A stretch of 64,000 nucleotides of DNA from Camelus ferus (Eukaryota): contig NC_045697.1 of the NCBI RefSeq assembly GCF_009834535.1, positions 105,960,001 to 106,024,000 on the forward strand. The letters run 5' to 3'. The notes below the pieces were generated by a model that saw nothing but the letters and a program-made list of their open reading frames with translations, was not told the DNA's origin and made no database searches. The translations under genes were made by a program, and so were the position numbers. The first letter of the stretch is position 1. Each line of letters opens with the position of its first letter. Of this stretch, positions 62,680 to 64,000 are shown piece after piece.

Positions 62680-64000
62680 CATTTCTTCAAAAAATAGTTC
62701 ATATGATGTTACACTACATAACTATGTCAAAATTTATTTATTCTATTATTTATGGATTTTTGAGTTATTTCCTGTTTTTACAATTGCAAAATATTATCAT
62801 GTTCTTATACATGTTTTCTTGTTGATATGTGCCTGTGGGAGTACAAACACCAGGTGATAGGATTTGTGCATGTTTAATTTTACAGAGTAATTCTCATCTC
62901 TTTGCAAAATGGTATCAAATTATGCTTTCATTTAATAGTATATTAGAGTCTTTGTTTCTCCTCCTCACTAATGTATGTAATGTCAGGACTTTTTAACTTT
63001 TGATAATCCAAAAGAGTGAAATAACATTTTAAGAAATATTTTGTGGATTTAATGTACATTTCTTTATAACTAAGGAGCCTGGGCAGCTTCTGGACCATGG
63101 TGGGCTCTCCTTAAGGGAAATGGCTTCTCACATCTTCATTTCTTTTTCTATTTGCTTATTGGTCTTTTTTTAATTCATGGGAATTCTTTATATATTTTTG
63201 CTAATTTGTTTTTAGTTATATATGTTTTTCTATTTTCTCTCTGTTGTTGTCTTGTACTTTTATGCACGTATATTGTCTTATAATGATCTAAAATACTTAC
63301 ATTAATGTATTTGGATATAGTGTTCTTTTTATGTTTTAATACCTTTCATATCAGCTTATGAAATCTTACACCACTCTAAAAGTACAAATAAATTCTTCTC
63401 TATCTTCTTTTAAAACTTTTACAGATTAACTTTCTATATAACAGCATTAATTCTTTTGGAATTTATTTTTGTATAGCATGATATAGGAATCAAAATTCAC
63501 ATTTTCCAATGGGCATAATCAATGTTCCATCACCATTTACTTAGTACTCCAAACTTTCTACATAGATACTCAATTCATCCCTTCACTCAAAAATATTTAT
63601 GCCAATTTATCACAAATTAAATTTTCACAGATGCATGAATATGGTCCTGGATTTTCAATTTTGTTCCATTGTTCAGTTGACTGTGCACTAATATTAAACT
63701 TGCCTTAATTAATAAAACTTTATGATATCTTGCTATTTCATAGGAAAAGCCTCATCCCCTCCTTTATCTTGTTCAGAAATGCTTGGTTATTATTGGCCCA
63801 TTGTTCATCCATTCATTTTGGAAATATACAGAATATGTAAAATAATCTTATTGAAATTTTTATTGAAAGTTTAATTAATACATAGAAAATTTTGGTAGAA
63901 TTTATATATTCCTATGTATATAAGTGCCATATCTCTTCATCTGTTTAGATAATCTCTCTCATCTTTTAATAATGCGTTATAATATTCTCTACAAAGAGCT
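62680..64000 (-). mobile_element. Old, highly decayed L1M (antisense ORF2 region), running off the window end
   Basis: 'atttatggatttttgagttatttcctgttttt', 'ttctctatcttcttttaaaacttttacag', 'caatgttccatcaccatttact', 'ttggttattattggccca'. Confidence 0.75.

Noticed and set aside
1..64000. A novel multi-gene biological system
   Set aside because: No CpG island, supported coding exon or operon-like structure is visible. The signals are explained by transposon history and candidate regulatory motifs.

Overview
Mammalian non-coding genomic DNA, AT-rich and CpG-depleted. It is most likely from a camelid (alpaca, llama or camel), judged from three tRNA-Ala-derived Vic-1-type SINEs and cetartiodactyl-type L1 3' ends. 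I can support no protein-coding exon, rRNA, functional tRNA or CRISPR array. The listed ORFs are chance ORFs, simple repeats or decayed L1 ORF2 C-termini. The window is a mosaic of ancient repeats (MIR, L2, CR1/L3, MLT1 MaLR LTRs, MER8, MER94, MER53, MADE2, old L1M) and younger lineage-specific insertions, many with target-site duplications (TSDs) readable by eye. The most unusual observations: (1) an MLT1C LTR fragment that appears to have been retroposed by L1 machinery (ends after AATAAA, A-rich tail, perfect 15-bp TSD); (2) a nested MER94 > ERV1 LTR > two L1 stack, one L1 lacking its 3' UTR; (3) a young solo LTR with a 51-bp duplication of its own terminus; (4) a CTCF core plus upstream motif; (5) a near-complete MLT1H-type MaLR provirus. 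I found no convincing new biological system. Repeat family names come from recall of consensus sequences, not from a database search, and boundaries without TSDs are approximate.
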